Positions 38,132 to 47,050 of a stretch of DNA of 64,000 nucleotides are shown here, piece by piece. The first letter of the stretch is position 1; every line of letters starts with the position of its first letter. Made by a program: the position numbers and the translations under genes. Source of the DNA: Chitinophaga pinensis. Its GTDB lineage: Bacteria > Bacteroidota > Bacteroidia > Chitinophagales > UBA10324. Under the pieces are notes generated by a model, which saw only the letters and a list, made by a program, of their open reading frames with translations, had not been told where the DNA came from and made no database searches. The stretch is from NCBI GenBank assembly GCA_945892775.1, contig CAMDDP010000003.1, positions 9,432 through 73,431 of the forward strand, read 5' to 3'.

Positions 38132-39808
38132 ATGGCTGATCAAAAAATAATTTTCTCGATGCTTGGGGTCGGAAAAATTTACCCTGGAAACAAACAAGTA
38201 CTGAAAGATATTTATCTATCGTTTTACTATGGGGCTAAAATCGGAATCGTAGGATTAAACGGTTCTGGTAAATCAACTCTATTAAAAATTATTGCTGGAC
38301 TCGACAATAATTATGTAGGCAAAGTAGAATTTAGCAAAGAATATTCTATTGGTTACCTGGCGCAGGAACCTGAACTCGACAAAACAAAAACAGTAAAAGA
38401 AATTGTGGAGGAAGGGGTGAAACCGGTGATGGATTTGTTGCGAGAATTTGAAGAGGTTAGTAACAAATTCAGTGAGCCAATGAGCGATGCTGAAATGGAT
38501 AAAATGCTTACCCGTCAGGGAAATTTGCAAGAAAAAATTGAGGCGTGCGATGGGTGGGAAATAGATTCAAAATTAGAGCGGGCAATGGATGCATTACAAT
38601 GCCCAGATGGAAACTCTTCAGTTGAAAACTTAAGCGGGGGTGAAAGAAGGCGTGTAGCATTGTGCCGCTTGTTATTACAGACCCCAGATATTTTATTGCT
38701 AGATGAACCTACAAATCACCTGGATGCCGAATCAGTTTTATGGCTGGAGCAGCACCTACATGATTATAAAGGAACAGTTATATGTATTACTCACGATCGT
38801 TATTTCTTAGATAATGTTGCTGGATGGATTCTTGAATTAGACCGCGGCGAAGGAATTCCATGGAAAGGAAATTACACTTTATGGCTGGAACAAAAAGCGG
38901 ATCGATTGGCAATGGAAGAAAAGGTAGAGAGCAAGCGCCGTAAAAATTTATTGCGGGAATTGGAATGGGTTCGTATGGGCGCAAAAGGGCGACAGGCAAA
39001 ATCAAAATCTCGTTTGCAGAACTATGATAAAATGGCTGGCGAAGAAGTTCGCGAGAAAGAAGCAAAACTGGAATTCTATATTCCACCCGGACCAAGATTA
39101 GGAGCCAATGTGATTGAATTTGATAATGTGAGCAAAAGTTTTGGCGACAAATTATTGTATGAAAATTTATCCTTCAAACTTCCTCAAAATGGAATTGTTG
39201 GCATCATTGGTCCGAATGGCGCGGGAAAAACTACTTTGTTCCGAATGATTTTGGGAAGTGAAAAATCAGATGCGGGAACAATAACTATCGGTGAAACAGT
39301 GAAACTTAGTTATGTTGATCAGCAGCATGCTGATATTGACCCATCCAAAACTGTATGGCAGCAAGTGTCCGGAGGGAATGAATATATAGAGTTTGGAAAA
39401 ACCAAACTGAACTCGCGCGCTTATGTGGGAAAGTTCAACTTCAATGGTCAGGATCAAGAGAAGAAAATTGAAGTACTGAGTGGTGGAGAACGGAATCGCT
39501 TGCACTTAGCATTATCACTACGACAGGAAGCGAATGTATTATTGCTTGATGAACCGAATAACGATTTAGATATAAACACTATGCGTGCCTTGGAGGAAGC
39601 GTTGGATGACTTTGCAGGTTGTGCAGTAATTATTTCTCACGACCGCTGGTTTTTAGACCGCGTGGCCACTCACATTCTTTCATTTGAGGGAGACTCCAAA
39701 GTCGTTTTCTTTGAAGGGAGTTTTTCTGATTACGAAGAACATAAACATAAAAAACTAGGTAATGCTCCACCAAAAAGATTCAGATATAAAAAATTGGTGG
39801 CTGGATAA
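38132..39808 (+). CDS. ettA: energy-dependent translational throttle protein EttA (ABC-F ATPase)
   Basis: Two ABC cassettes ('GLNGSGKST...LSGGERRRVAL...LLLDEPTNHLD' and 'GPNGAGKTT...LSGGERNRLHL...LLLDEPNNDLD'). N-terminus 'IIFSMLGVGKIYPGNKQVLKDI' is typical of EttA. Confidence 0.95.
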   Translation: MADQKIIFSMLGVGKIYPGNKQVLKDIYLSFYYGAKIGIVGLNGSGKSTLLKIIAGLDNNYVGKVEFSKEYSIGYLAQEPELDKTKTVKEIVEEGVKPVMDLLREFEEVSNKFSEPMSDAEMDKMLTRQGNLQEKIEACDGWEIDSKLERAMDALQCPDGNSSVENLSGGERRRVALCRLLLQTPDILLLDEPTNHLDAESVLWLEQHLHDYKGTVICITHDRYFLDNVAGWILELDRGEGIPWKGNYTLWLEQKADRLAMEEKVESKRRKNLLRELEWVRMGAKGRQAKSKSRLQNYDKMAGEEVREKEAKLEFYIPPGPRLGANVIEFDNVSKSFGDKLLYENLSFKLPQNGIVGIIGPNGAGKTTLFRMILGSEKSDAGTITIGETVKLSYVDQQHADIDPSKTVWQQVSGGNEYIEFGKTKLNSRAYVGKFNFNGQDQEKKIEVLSGGERNRLHLALSLRQEANVLLLDEPNNDLDINTMRALEEALDDFAGCAVIISHDRWFLDRVATHILSFEGDSKVVFFEGSFSDYEEHKHKKLGNAPPKRFRYKKLVAG

Positions 39809-39833
39809 TTTATAAAAAAATGTGTTCTACTGA

Positions 39834-39851
39834 TCCATTCTTTTGAATGGA
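39834..39851 (+). terminator. short hairpin downstream of ettA
   Basis: Stem tccattc/gaatgga (7 bp) with loop tttt. The downstream T-run is weak ('catttgttt'). Confidence 0.4.
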
Positions 39852-39933
39852 CATTTGTTTCTATTCAGCAATTAAGTTTTTTAACAAGCCAATTTTTAAC
39901 TTTAATTATTCAGTTAAACAAAATCTAAATACT

Positions 39934-41265
39934 TTATAATACCTTCTTCCATTTTCCATATCGAAAGAATAATAACCCTAGAATAATAGCACTGAACCAA
40001 TATAAAATTTCAGCAGCCCAAATAACTTTTAAAGAACTCATAAAGACTTTTGCTGTCAGAAAAGCATAAACCAGGTAAATAGAAATAGAAACCAATTCCA
40101 TAAACAATGCAAAGCCTGATGAGCCAGTTCCAGTAACAGTTAAAATAATAATTAAAGCAACAGAGAATAATAAACTAGCAACAATAATTACTGGCAAAAT
40201 ATCCATGCTGCTTTTGATTAAAACAATGTCATCAGTATAAATCCCAATAATTGCCGTAGGAAAAAGCATTAAGACTAAACACATGATAAGTGAAATAGTA
40301 AAATTAATTCCAACAATTTTTTTTAACAAATAAAAAACCTGATCAGATTTTCCCTGTCCAATGATATTGCTCGTCATAGCATTAGCGGTTGAGGCAAAAG
40401 CAAAAGTTGGTATTGCCCAAAAAATATAAAGACTTTTAATAATGTTAGAAACAGCGAGAGAAGTTTCTCCCCGATGTTCAATCAACAAAAAAAATACGAA
40501 CCAAGTAAAAATACTTATGACTTGTTGAAACACCAATGGCAACGAAAGAGAAGCCATATTTCCAATAAGTTTAAAATCTGGCTTTAAGAACTTAAAGAGA
40601 TTGTATTGAGCTGGAAATTTTCGTTGATACAAAACAATTATATAAACCAACATCACCACACCCTCAGAAATAGTTGAGGCAAGTGCGGCACCTCCGATAC
40701 CCATCTTGGGAAATCCGTAGTGGCCAAATATTAATAAGTAGGCAAGTATGATATTAGTAACAGCAAGCACAACTGTAGAAAAATTAATGATTGATGTTTT
40801 TCCTATACCAATAAAAAATTGCTGTAAGCAAGAATTAAATAGTCCGAAGAAAATTCCGAATGATCGATAGGTTAAAAATAGCACTGTTGCATTCAGTATT
40901 TCTTTCGATTGAATAAACTGTGAAAGAATAATTGGACTTAAAAAATACAAGAATAGAAATTCAATGATGGCTATAAAAAATAACAGATAAAATTCATGAT
41001 CAACAATATTCCCCACTTCACTTTTCCTCCCCTCTCCCATTCTTCTACTGATAACAATCTGCATTCCATTATTAAATGCATAACCAACCATGAACATTAC
41101 AAAATAAAAAATACCTGCTAATGCCCCAGCACCTAACTCCACCTGCCCTACTCTTCCAAGAAACCCCGTATCTATAAGGTTAATAATATTCTGCCCAAGT
41201 GACCCGAGCATAATCGGATAAGCAATACTTAAAATATTTTTATAAGATAAATAACTGCCTTTCAC
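39934..41265 (-). CDS. MATE family efflux transporter
   Basis: 443 aa and 12 predicted TM helices. N-terminal 'ILSIAYPIMLGSLGQNIINLIDTGFLGRVG' is the typical MatE motif. Confidence 0.8.
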   Translation of the reverse strand: MKGSYLSYKNILSIAYPIMLGSLGQNIINLIDTGFLGRVGQVELGAGALAGIFYFVMFMVGYAFNNGMQIVISRRMGEGRKSEVGNIVDHEFYLLFFIAIIEFLFLYFLSPIILSQFIQSKEILNATVLFLTYRSFGIFFGLFNSCLQQFFIGIGKTSIINFSTVVLAVTNIILAYLLIFGHYGFPKMGIGGAALASTISEGVVMLVYIIVLYQRKFPAQYNLFKFLKPDFKLIGNMASLSLPLVFQQVISIFTWFVFFLLIEHRGETSLAVSNIIKSLYIFWAIPTFAFASTANAMTSNIIGQGKSDQVFYLLKKIVGINFTISLIMCLVLMLFPTAIIGIYTDDIVLIKSSMDILPVIIVASLLFSVALIIILTVTGTGSSGFALFMELVSISIYLVYAFLTAKVFMSSLKVIWAAEILYWFSAIILGLLFFRYGKWKKVL

Positions 41266-41322
41266 TTTTGTTATAATTCAATAAGAAAATTCTTGAACTG
41301 AATAAATTTTAAAACTCAGAAT

Positions 41323-41355
41323 TAAAAAAAAGGCTGTCCATTGCTGAACAACCTT
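41323..41355 (-). terminator. rho-independent terminator after tRNA-His
   Basis: On the minus strand: stem aaggttgt/acagcctt (8 bp, one G-U), a 10-nt loop, then 'tttttttt'. Confidence 0.6.
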
Positions 41356-41360
41356 TGTAG

Positions 41361-41434
41361 GGTGGTCGATGGGTTTTGAACCCACTACCCTCAGATCCAC
41401 AAACTGATGCTCTACCGATTGAGCTACGACCACC
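41361..41434 (-). tRNA. tRNA-His (anticodon GTG) with encoded G-1
   Basis: Folded by hand. G-1; acceptor GTGGTCG/CGACCAC; D-arm GCTC-AATCGGTA-GAGC; anticodon arm TCAGT-TTGTGGA-TCTGA; T-arm GTGGG-TTCAAAA-CCCAT; discriminator C. CCA is not encoded. Confidence 0.9.
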
Positions 41435-41446
41435 ATTTTGAGTTTG

Positions 41447-41454
41447 CAAAAATA
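41447..41454 (-). promoter_or_regulatory. candidate -7 promoter box (TAttTTTG) for tRNA-His
   Basis: Exact TAnnTTTG on the minus strand, 12 nt upstream of G-1 of the tRNA. Confidence 0.4.
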
Positions 41455-41580
41455 GAATTCATAAGCAAATGAGAAAGGAAATTTAAAAATCACCTTAATT
41501 AATTCTCTTTTCACCTTGTTGGTTAATGAATTAGGAACAAAAAATATTATAAAACCTACCAGATTTTGAAGAAATATTGT

Positions 41581-42288
41581 CTAAAAATACAATTCAGAAA
41601 CCCGTTTCCAATTTATTACATTCCAAATTCCATCAAGATATTCATTCCGTTTGTTTTGATATTTTAAATAATATGCATGCTCCCAAACATCAATAGCTAA
41701 GATCGGTGTGCCTTTATCAACTGCATCACGCATAAGCGGATTGTTTTGATTTGATGTTGTTACTATTTTAAGTTCTTTCTCAGCAGTTACAATTAACCAA
41801 ACCCAACCAGAACCAAAGACAGACAGCCCAGACTTTGACATTGCAGCCTTTAGTTGATCCATAGATCCAAATGATTTATTAAAGGCGTCAATCAATGTTG
41901 CCGAAGGCAGAGTATTTTCAGGAGATAGCAGCTGCCAAAAAAAAGAATGATTCCAATGCCCCCCGCCATGATTTCTAACTGCCACTTTTAATTCATCGGG
42001 TAACAAAGAAATTTGTTCAAATAAATCTTGCAACCCTTTTGTTTGATAATCTGGAAATTTTTCTAAAGCCGCATTTAATTTATCAATGTAAGTTTTATGA
42101 TGTTTATCGTGATGTATTTCCATTGTCAATGCATCAATATGTGGCTCAAGTGCATTAAAAGAATAAAGTAGCGATGGAAGCACATAAGGATATTCACTAA
42201 CTGCCTTTGCCTTTCCTGGCAGTCCAAATGTAAGGGCCCCCGCAGCCAACACCGAAGTTTTTATGAAATCTCGCCTAGTATTATCCAT
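41581..42288 (-). CDS. Fe/Mn-family superoxide dismutase with twin-arginine (Tat) signal peptide
   Basis: 'MDNTRRDFIKTSVLAAGALTFGLPGKAKA' matches the Tat consensus (S/T-R-R-x-F-L-K). SOD blocks are 'LEPHIDALTMEIHHDKHH' and 'DVWEHAYYLKYQN'. ATG at 42288; upstream ORF extension rejected. Confidence 0.9.
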   Translation of the reverse strand: MDNTRRDFIKTSVLAAGALTFGLPGKAKAVSEYPYVLPSLLYSFNALEPHIDALTMEIHHDKHHKTYIDKLNAALEKFPDYQTKGLQDLFEQISLLPDELKVAVRNHGGGHWNHSFFWQLLSPENTLPSATLIDAFNKSFGSMDQLKAAMSKSGLSVFGSGWVWLIVTAEKELKIVTTSNQNNPLMRDAVDKGTPILAIDVWEHAYYLKYQNKRNEYLDGIWNVINWKRVSELYF

Positions 42289-42359
42289 AAATATTATTTT
42301 TTGATAAAGGTATAATCTTCTTATAACGATGGTTAACTTTTTGAATCTAAATTTGAGGA

Positions 42360-44483
42360 ATGAAAAAAATTGAAAGCACAGAATGGAAGGTCGAAGGAAT
42401 GACCTGTGCCACCTGTGCAAACACGGTTACCAGGTATTTACAGAAAAATGGCTTGCTTGATGTATTTGTCGATTTCACATCTGGTGAAGTTAGATTTAAA
42501 GGAGCAATTGATAAAATAGTTCCATCATTAAAATCAGGAATTGAAGATTTAGGATATCATGTAAGAGATGAAACAAAAAATAAAGAAGAGAATAAATTGT
42601 TCAGCAGTTTAGAAGCAAAATTTTATTTCAGTTTGATTTTTACTATCCCATTATGGGTACCAATGTTTTTTTCAATTACGATTCTTCACAATTTTTATTT
42701 TCAATTGTTATTGGCAACACCAGTCTATTTATTAGGAGCTTGGTATTTTGGCAAGAGCGCAATCGGCTCATTAAAAATCAATTCGCCCAATATGAATGTG
42801 CTTATATTTATTGGAAGTTCGTCAGCTTTTTTTTATTCTATTGCGCAAGGGCTTTTACTAAATAATTTTCATAATCTATTTTTTGAAACATCATCTTCCA
42901 TCATCACACTGGTGCTACTTGGAAATTTTATTGAACAAAAAGCAGTGGAACAAACAAGATCATCTATTCTGGCATTAATTACCTTACAACCATTAACCGC
43001 TAAACTCATTAATTTCTTTGGCAATGAAAAATTTGAAGTTGTTACAGAAATACAAACCAACAAAATAAAAAAAGGAGATCACCTATTAGTTAATACAGGT
43101 GATAAAATTGCAGCCGATGGAATTATAGTTTGGGGCGGTGGTGACACAGATGAATCTATGCTTACAGGAGAAAGCATACCGATTGAAAGGAAACTGAATG
43201 AACCTGTTATTGGAGGTTCAACTTTAGTTTCAGGGTCCATTAAAATAATAGTAAGTTCCACTGGGAAAGAAAGCATCTTGAATCAAATTATAGCATTAGT
43301 TAAGAATGCACAATCACAAAAACCAAAACTTCAAAAATTAGCTGATAGAATTACAGGTTGGTTTGTACCCGCAGTTCTAATTACTGCTGTTATTGCCTTC
43401 TTTATAAATTATTTAGTTCTAACAAATGGAATAACACAAAGCATAATGAATAGCATTGCTGTACTAGTTATTGCTTGTCCTTGCGCTATGGGTTTAGCAA
43501 CCCCTACTGCTGTAATGGTAGGATTAGGAAGAAGCGCAAGAAAAGGAATTTTAATAAAAGGTTCAGATACGCTTGAAACACTTGCAACAATAAAACAAAT
43601 TGTTTTTGATAAAACGGGAACATTAACTACAGGAAAATTCACAGTAAAAGAATTAAAAATAATTGACGGCGACATTGATGAAATAAAATCTGCAATTGTG
43701 GGCCTCGAAAAATTTTCATCCCATCCAATAGCACAATCATTAGTAAAAGAATTAAAAAATATCACCCCTAAGTCTTTTAATAGTGTGGAAGAAGAAAAAG
43801 GAGAGGGAATTTCAGGCACCGACGAATTTGGAAATTTTTATTCAATTGGCTCTTCTCTAATCCAAAAAATTAATTCTATTGATAATCATCACAACATTTA
43901 TATTTATAAAAACAATCAGTTAATTGCTTGGATTGATTTGAGAGATGATATTAAAGAAGGTGCAATTGAATTAATAAACTTTTTAAAAAATAAAGGAATA
44001 AAAACAATTATGCTAAGTGGCGATAAAGAAGAAAGATGCGCCGCCGTAGCCAAAACATTAAATATTGATGAATATATATCCGAACAAAATCCGGAAGATA
44101 AATTAGCTTTTATTCGGAACTGTATTTCACAAACGCCAACGGCCATGGTAGGCGATGGAATAAACGATGCTCCTGCCTTGGCACAATCCAATCTTGGAAT
44201 TTCATTGAGCAATGCTTCACAAGTAGCCATTGATTCGGCCCAGATTATTTTATTGAAAGGAAATCTGAATAATTTAATTGAAGCATTTACTATCGGAAAA
44301 ATTACTTTGCAAACAATAAAACAAAATTTATTTTGGGCATTCTTTTACAATGTAGCAGCCATACCTATTGCGGCAATGGGGTTTTTAACCCCTACCATTG
44401 CAGCACTTTCAATGGCATTTTCTGATGTAATAGTTGTTGGAAATTCATTACGATTAAGAACAAGAAAAATTACCCTTAAGTGA
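42360..44483 (+). CDS. heavy-metal (probably Cu+) translocating P1B-type ATPase
   Basis: N-terminal HMA 'GMTCATCANTV', TM6 'CPC' in 'ACPCAMGLATP', phosphorylation site 'DKTGTLT', 'SSHP', 'GDGINDAP', and TM7/8 'YN...P' / 'MAFSDVIVVGN'. Confidence 0.85.
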   Translation: MKKIESTEWKVEGMTCATCANTVTRYLQKNGLLDVFVDFTSGEVRFKGAIDKIVPSLKSGIEDLGYHVRDETKNKEENKLFSSLEAKFYFSLIFTIPLWVPMFFSITILHNFYFQLLLATPVYLLGAWYFGKSAIGSLKINSPNMNVLIFIGSSSAFFYSIAQGLLLNNFHNLFFETSSSIITLVLLGNFIEQKAVEQTRSSILALITLQPLTAKLINFFGNEKFEVVTEIQTNKIKKGDHLLVNTGDKIAADGIIVWGGGDTDESMLTGESIPIERKLNEPVIGGSTLVSGSIKIIVSSTGKESILNQIIALVKNAQSQKPKLQKLADRITGWFVPAVLITAVIAFFINYLVLTNGITQSIMNSIAVLVIACPCAMGLATPTAVMVGLGRSARKGILIKGSDTLETLATIKQIVFDKTGTLTTGKFTVKELKIIDGDIDEIKSAIVGLEKFSSHPIAQSLVKELKNITPKSFNSVEEEKGEGISGTDEFGNFYSIGSSLIQKINSIDNHHNIYIYKNNQLIAWIDLRDDIKEGAIELINFLKNKGIKTIMLSGDKEERCAAVAKTLNIDEYISEQNPEDKLAFIRNCISQTPTAMVGDGINDAPALAQSNLGISLSNASQVAIDSAQIILLKGNLNNLIEAFTIGKITLQTIKQNLFWAFFYNVAAIPIAAMGFLTPTIAALSMAFSDVIVVGNSLRLRTRKITLK

Positions 44484-45622
44484 GTCAACTAAAAATTCTT
44501 TTACTACCCTCATGGTATCCTTCAAAAATTAATTCTTCAAACGGAATATTCATTCGTCGTTATGCTGAAACAATTTGTAACGATGTACATCTAAAAGTTT
44601 TATATGCGATTTCTTCTGATTCCGTTTCAAAAATCGAAATTGAGAAAACAAATCAAAACAGATTTGAAGAATACATAGTTTACTATCCAAAAATTAAAAA
44701 TGGTATTTTTTCTGCATTGCATAAACTGAAATTATTTTATCAGGCTTATCAATTTGGGTTTGAACAAATAAAATTGGAAGGATTTATTCCAGACATGGTC
44801 CATGTACAGGTCGCACTTAACAGTGGATTATTTGCAGTTGAACTTAAAAAGAAATATAAAATTCCATATGTTATAACAGAACATTGGTCGGGGTACCTGC
44901 CTGAAGATGGTCGTTACAAAGGGTTCATAAAAAAATACTTTACCAATAAAATTTTTAAAAATAGCAATGGGGTGGCCGTGGTTTCTTCTTCATTGGGAAA
45001 CAGCTTGAAGAAACATCATTTAACCACGCATTTTACTACTATCCCAAATCCAGTTCAAACCGAAATATTTTCTCCGGATGCAAACCCAAAAACTCCAAAT
45101 GGTTTCATTCACATATCAAATTTTGCAAAAGAAAAAAATGTGAAAGGGATATTAAATTCTTTTCAAAAACTTATTGAAAGTGGAGCAGAAACAAAACTTA
45201 TTTTAGTTGGAGAAGGTGGCGATAAAAATGAATTGCAAAGCTTTTGCCTCAGAAATTCAACCCTTAAAAACAGAGTTGAGTTTTTTCCATATCAAACACC
45301 ACAACATTTAAATGAATTGATAAATAAAAGTTATGCATTGGTGCTATTCAGTTCATTTGAAACCATGAGTATTGTTATGGCCGAATGCTGGTCGTGTGGC
45401 AAGCCTGTAATTGCACCTGCGGTTGGGGGTATTACTGAAAATTTTAATTCTAAAATGGGATTATTGATAGAGGTTAATAATGAAAATGAGCTTCTTGCAG
45501 CAATGAAAAAAATGATATTGAATTCTGCTGACTATTACTCAACCCAAATCAGAGAATGGGCGTTGAAAAAATTTTCAAGTGAAGTTGTTATGAAAATGAC
45601 AAGTGAATTTTATAATAAATAA
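44480..45622 (+). CDS. glycosyltransferase family 4
   Basis: GT-B C-terminal pattern 'LILVGEGGDKNEL...SYALVLFSSFETMSIVMAECWSCGKPVIAPAVGGITE'. GTG start overlaps the ATPase stop (GTGA). Confidence 0.75.
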   Translation: MSQLKILLLPSWYPSKINSSNGIFIRRYAETICNDVHLKVLYAISSDSVSKIEIEKTNQNRFEEYIVYYPKIKNGIFSALHKLKLFYQAYQFGFEQIKLEGFIPDMVHVQVALNSGLFAVELKKKYKIPYVITEHWSGYLPEDGRYKGFIKKYFTNKIFKNSNGVAVVSSSLGNSLKKHHLTTHFTTIPNPVQTEIFSPDANPKTPNGFIHISNFAKEKNVKGILNSFQKLIESGAETKLILVGEGGDKNELQSFCLRNSTLKNRVEFFPYQTPQHLNELINKSYALVLFSSFETMSIVMAECWSCGKPVIAPAVGGITENFNSKMGLLIEVNNENELLAAMKKMILNSADYYSTQIREWALKKFSSEVVMKMTSEFYNK

Positions 45623-45782
45623 ATGAGTAAAGAATTTCGATCTATAAATAATCTGAGAAAACAATCTGCTATAAGGATTTAGCGGACATTAAAGATTTAA
45701 TTTAAATATACTCAATCTTGTATTATTAAAATCTTTACTTAATATTTGTACCATTAATAAAATTATAAACTATAATAAAAAA

Positions 45783-45992
45783 ATGAAAAAAGCTTTATCT
45801 CTTGTAGCTGGTGTTGCTTTAGTAACAGTACTATTTACTTCATGCAAGAAAGATTACACTTGTACTTGTATAATTGCAGGAGCTTCTACCCCTACCGTCT
45901 TTGAAAAAGTTTCAAAGAAAGATGCAACTGACGCATGCAATCAATTGAATGCCACTTGGGCTTTGATTAGTGGTTCTTGCAAACTTGACTAA
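45783..45992 (+). CDS. small Cys-containing lipoprotein (hypothetical)
   Basis: 69 aa with lipobox 'LFTSC'. The mature ~49 aa has four further Cys (CTC...C...C). Its own strong terminator follows. Confidence 0.55.
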   Translation: MKKALSLVAGVALVTVLFTSCKKDYTCTCIIAGASTPTVFEKVSKKDATDACNQLNATWALISGSCKLD

Positions 45993-46012
45993 TCTTTCAT
46001 TAAAAGATTTGG

Positions 46013-46050
46013 AAAGGCTGTCCGTAATTTGGGCGGCCTTTTCTTTTTTT
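46013..46050 (+). terminator. rho-independent terminator
   Basis: Stem aaaggctgtcc (46013-46023) / gggcggccttt (46031-46041), 11 bp with two G-U pairs, followed by 'tcttttttt'. Confidence 0.75.
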
Positions 46051-46052
46051 AT

Positions 46053-47048
46053 ATGCACCTGATAAAAGAATTTTTTGCGCATTCCCTTCGAATTTTGTTA
46101 GGGTTACTATTTATAGCTTCAGGATTATTGAAGTTAATTCCCATTGAACCATTTGAGTTGAATTTCATTGATCTTGGTGTGGCGAATTGGTTCACTGCTC
46201 CAATTATTGCCAGGGGGCTTATTGGTTTTGAATTATTGCTCGGTGTATTCCTGATATTCAATTTGGCTATGAATAAGTTTACAATTAAGGCAACTTATTC
46301 AATTCTTATATTTTTTACTTTCTATCTGGTATATCAGATTCTAACAACGGGTAATAAAGGTAACTGTGGTTGTTTTGGTACTTTTTTACAGATGACACCA
46401 CTTGAATCTATTTATAAGAACATTGCAATGCTAACAGTTTTAACCATAGTTCAATTTATTCCCGCAAAGTGGAGTTTGCCATGGTCAAAAATTTTTATAC
46501 CACTATTTATTCTTGCTTCATTTATTAGTCCATGTCTCTTAAATCCTCCTGATTCCCTGATAAAGGGGCATAGAATCGGAGCAATAAATTATCCATTAGA
46601 TTTAAAAAGAATTTATAGTGACACATCTATTATTAAGCCATCAATTGATTTAACAACCGGAAAACATATTGTAGCATTTATATCATTGACCTGTGGGCAT
46701 TGCAGAATGAATGCGTTGAAAATGCATGTACTTCAGTTGCGAAATCCTGACTTTCCATTTTACATTCTTTTGCATGGTGATTCTGTTCTATACGAAAAAA
46801 AATTTTTTGAATTTTCAAAAGCAGAAAACATCCCTTACTCCTATTTTAATAACGACGATTTCTTTTCTTTTGTTGATGGGAGTTTACCTGCAATATTCTG
46901 GCTGCAAAACGATACAGTGAAATTCAGAAGTTTATATTCAGATTTAAATGAAGATGATATCAGAAACTGGTTAAAAACCGGAATGGTCCCTATTTCAAAT
47001 GACACAATCAGAAAACCTCTGTTAATTGAAACAGATTCTTTAAAGTAG
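46053..47048 (+). CDS. MauE/DoxX-type membrane domain fused to a thioredoxin-like (TlpA-like) domain
   Basis: N-terminal 4-5 TM helices with 'LLGLLFIASGLLKL' and the 'GNCGCFG' motif typical of MauE-type proteins. C-terminal 'VAFISLTCGHCRMNA' has a CxxC. ATG at 46053 lies after the upstream terminator. Confidence 0.65.
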   Translation: MHLIKEFFAHSLRILLGLLFIASGLLKLIPIEPFELNFIDLGVANWFTAPIIARGLIGFELLLGVFLIFNLAMNKFTIKATYSILIFFTFYLVYQILTTGNKGNCGCFGTFLQMTPLESIYKNIAMLTVLTIVQFIPAKWSLPWSKIFIPLFILASFISPCLLNPPDSLIKGHRIGAINYPLDLKRIYSDTSIIKPSIDLTTGKHIVAFISLTCGHCRMNALKMHVLQLRNPDFPFYILLHGDSVLYEKKFFEFSKAENIPYSYFNNDDFFSFVDGSLPAIFWLQNDTVKFRSLYSDLNEDDIRNWLKTGMVPISNDTIRKPLLIETDSLK

Positions 47049-47050
47049 TT

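Noticed and set aside
41330-41340. 11-mer 'aaaggctgtcc' shared by the tRNA-His terminator and the terminator at 46013-46023
   Set aside because: By my estimate, exact 11-mer sharing within 64 kb is expected hundreds of times by chance. The partner arms differ, so this is not a repeat family on present evidence.
41278-41514. 78-aa minus-strand ORF
   Set aside because: It runs straight through tRNA-His (41361-41434) and its terminator, so it is not a protein gene.
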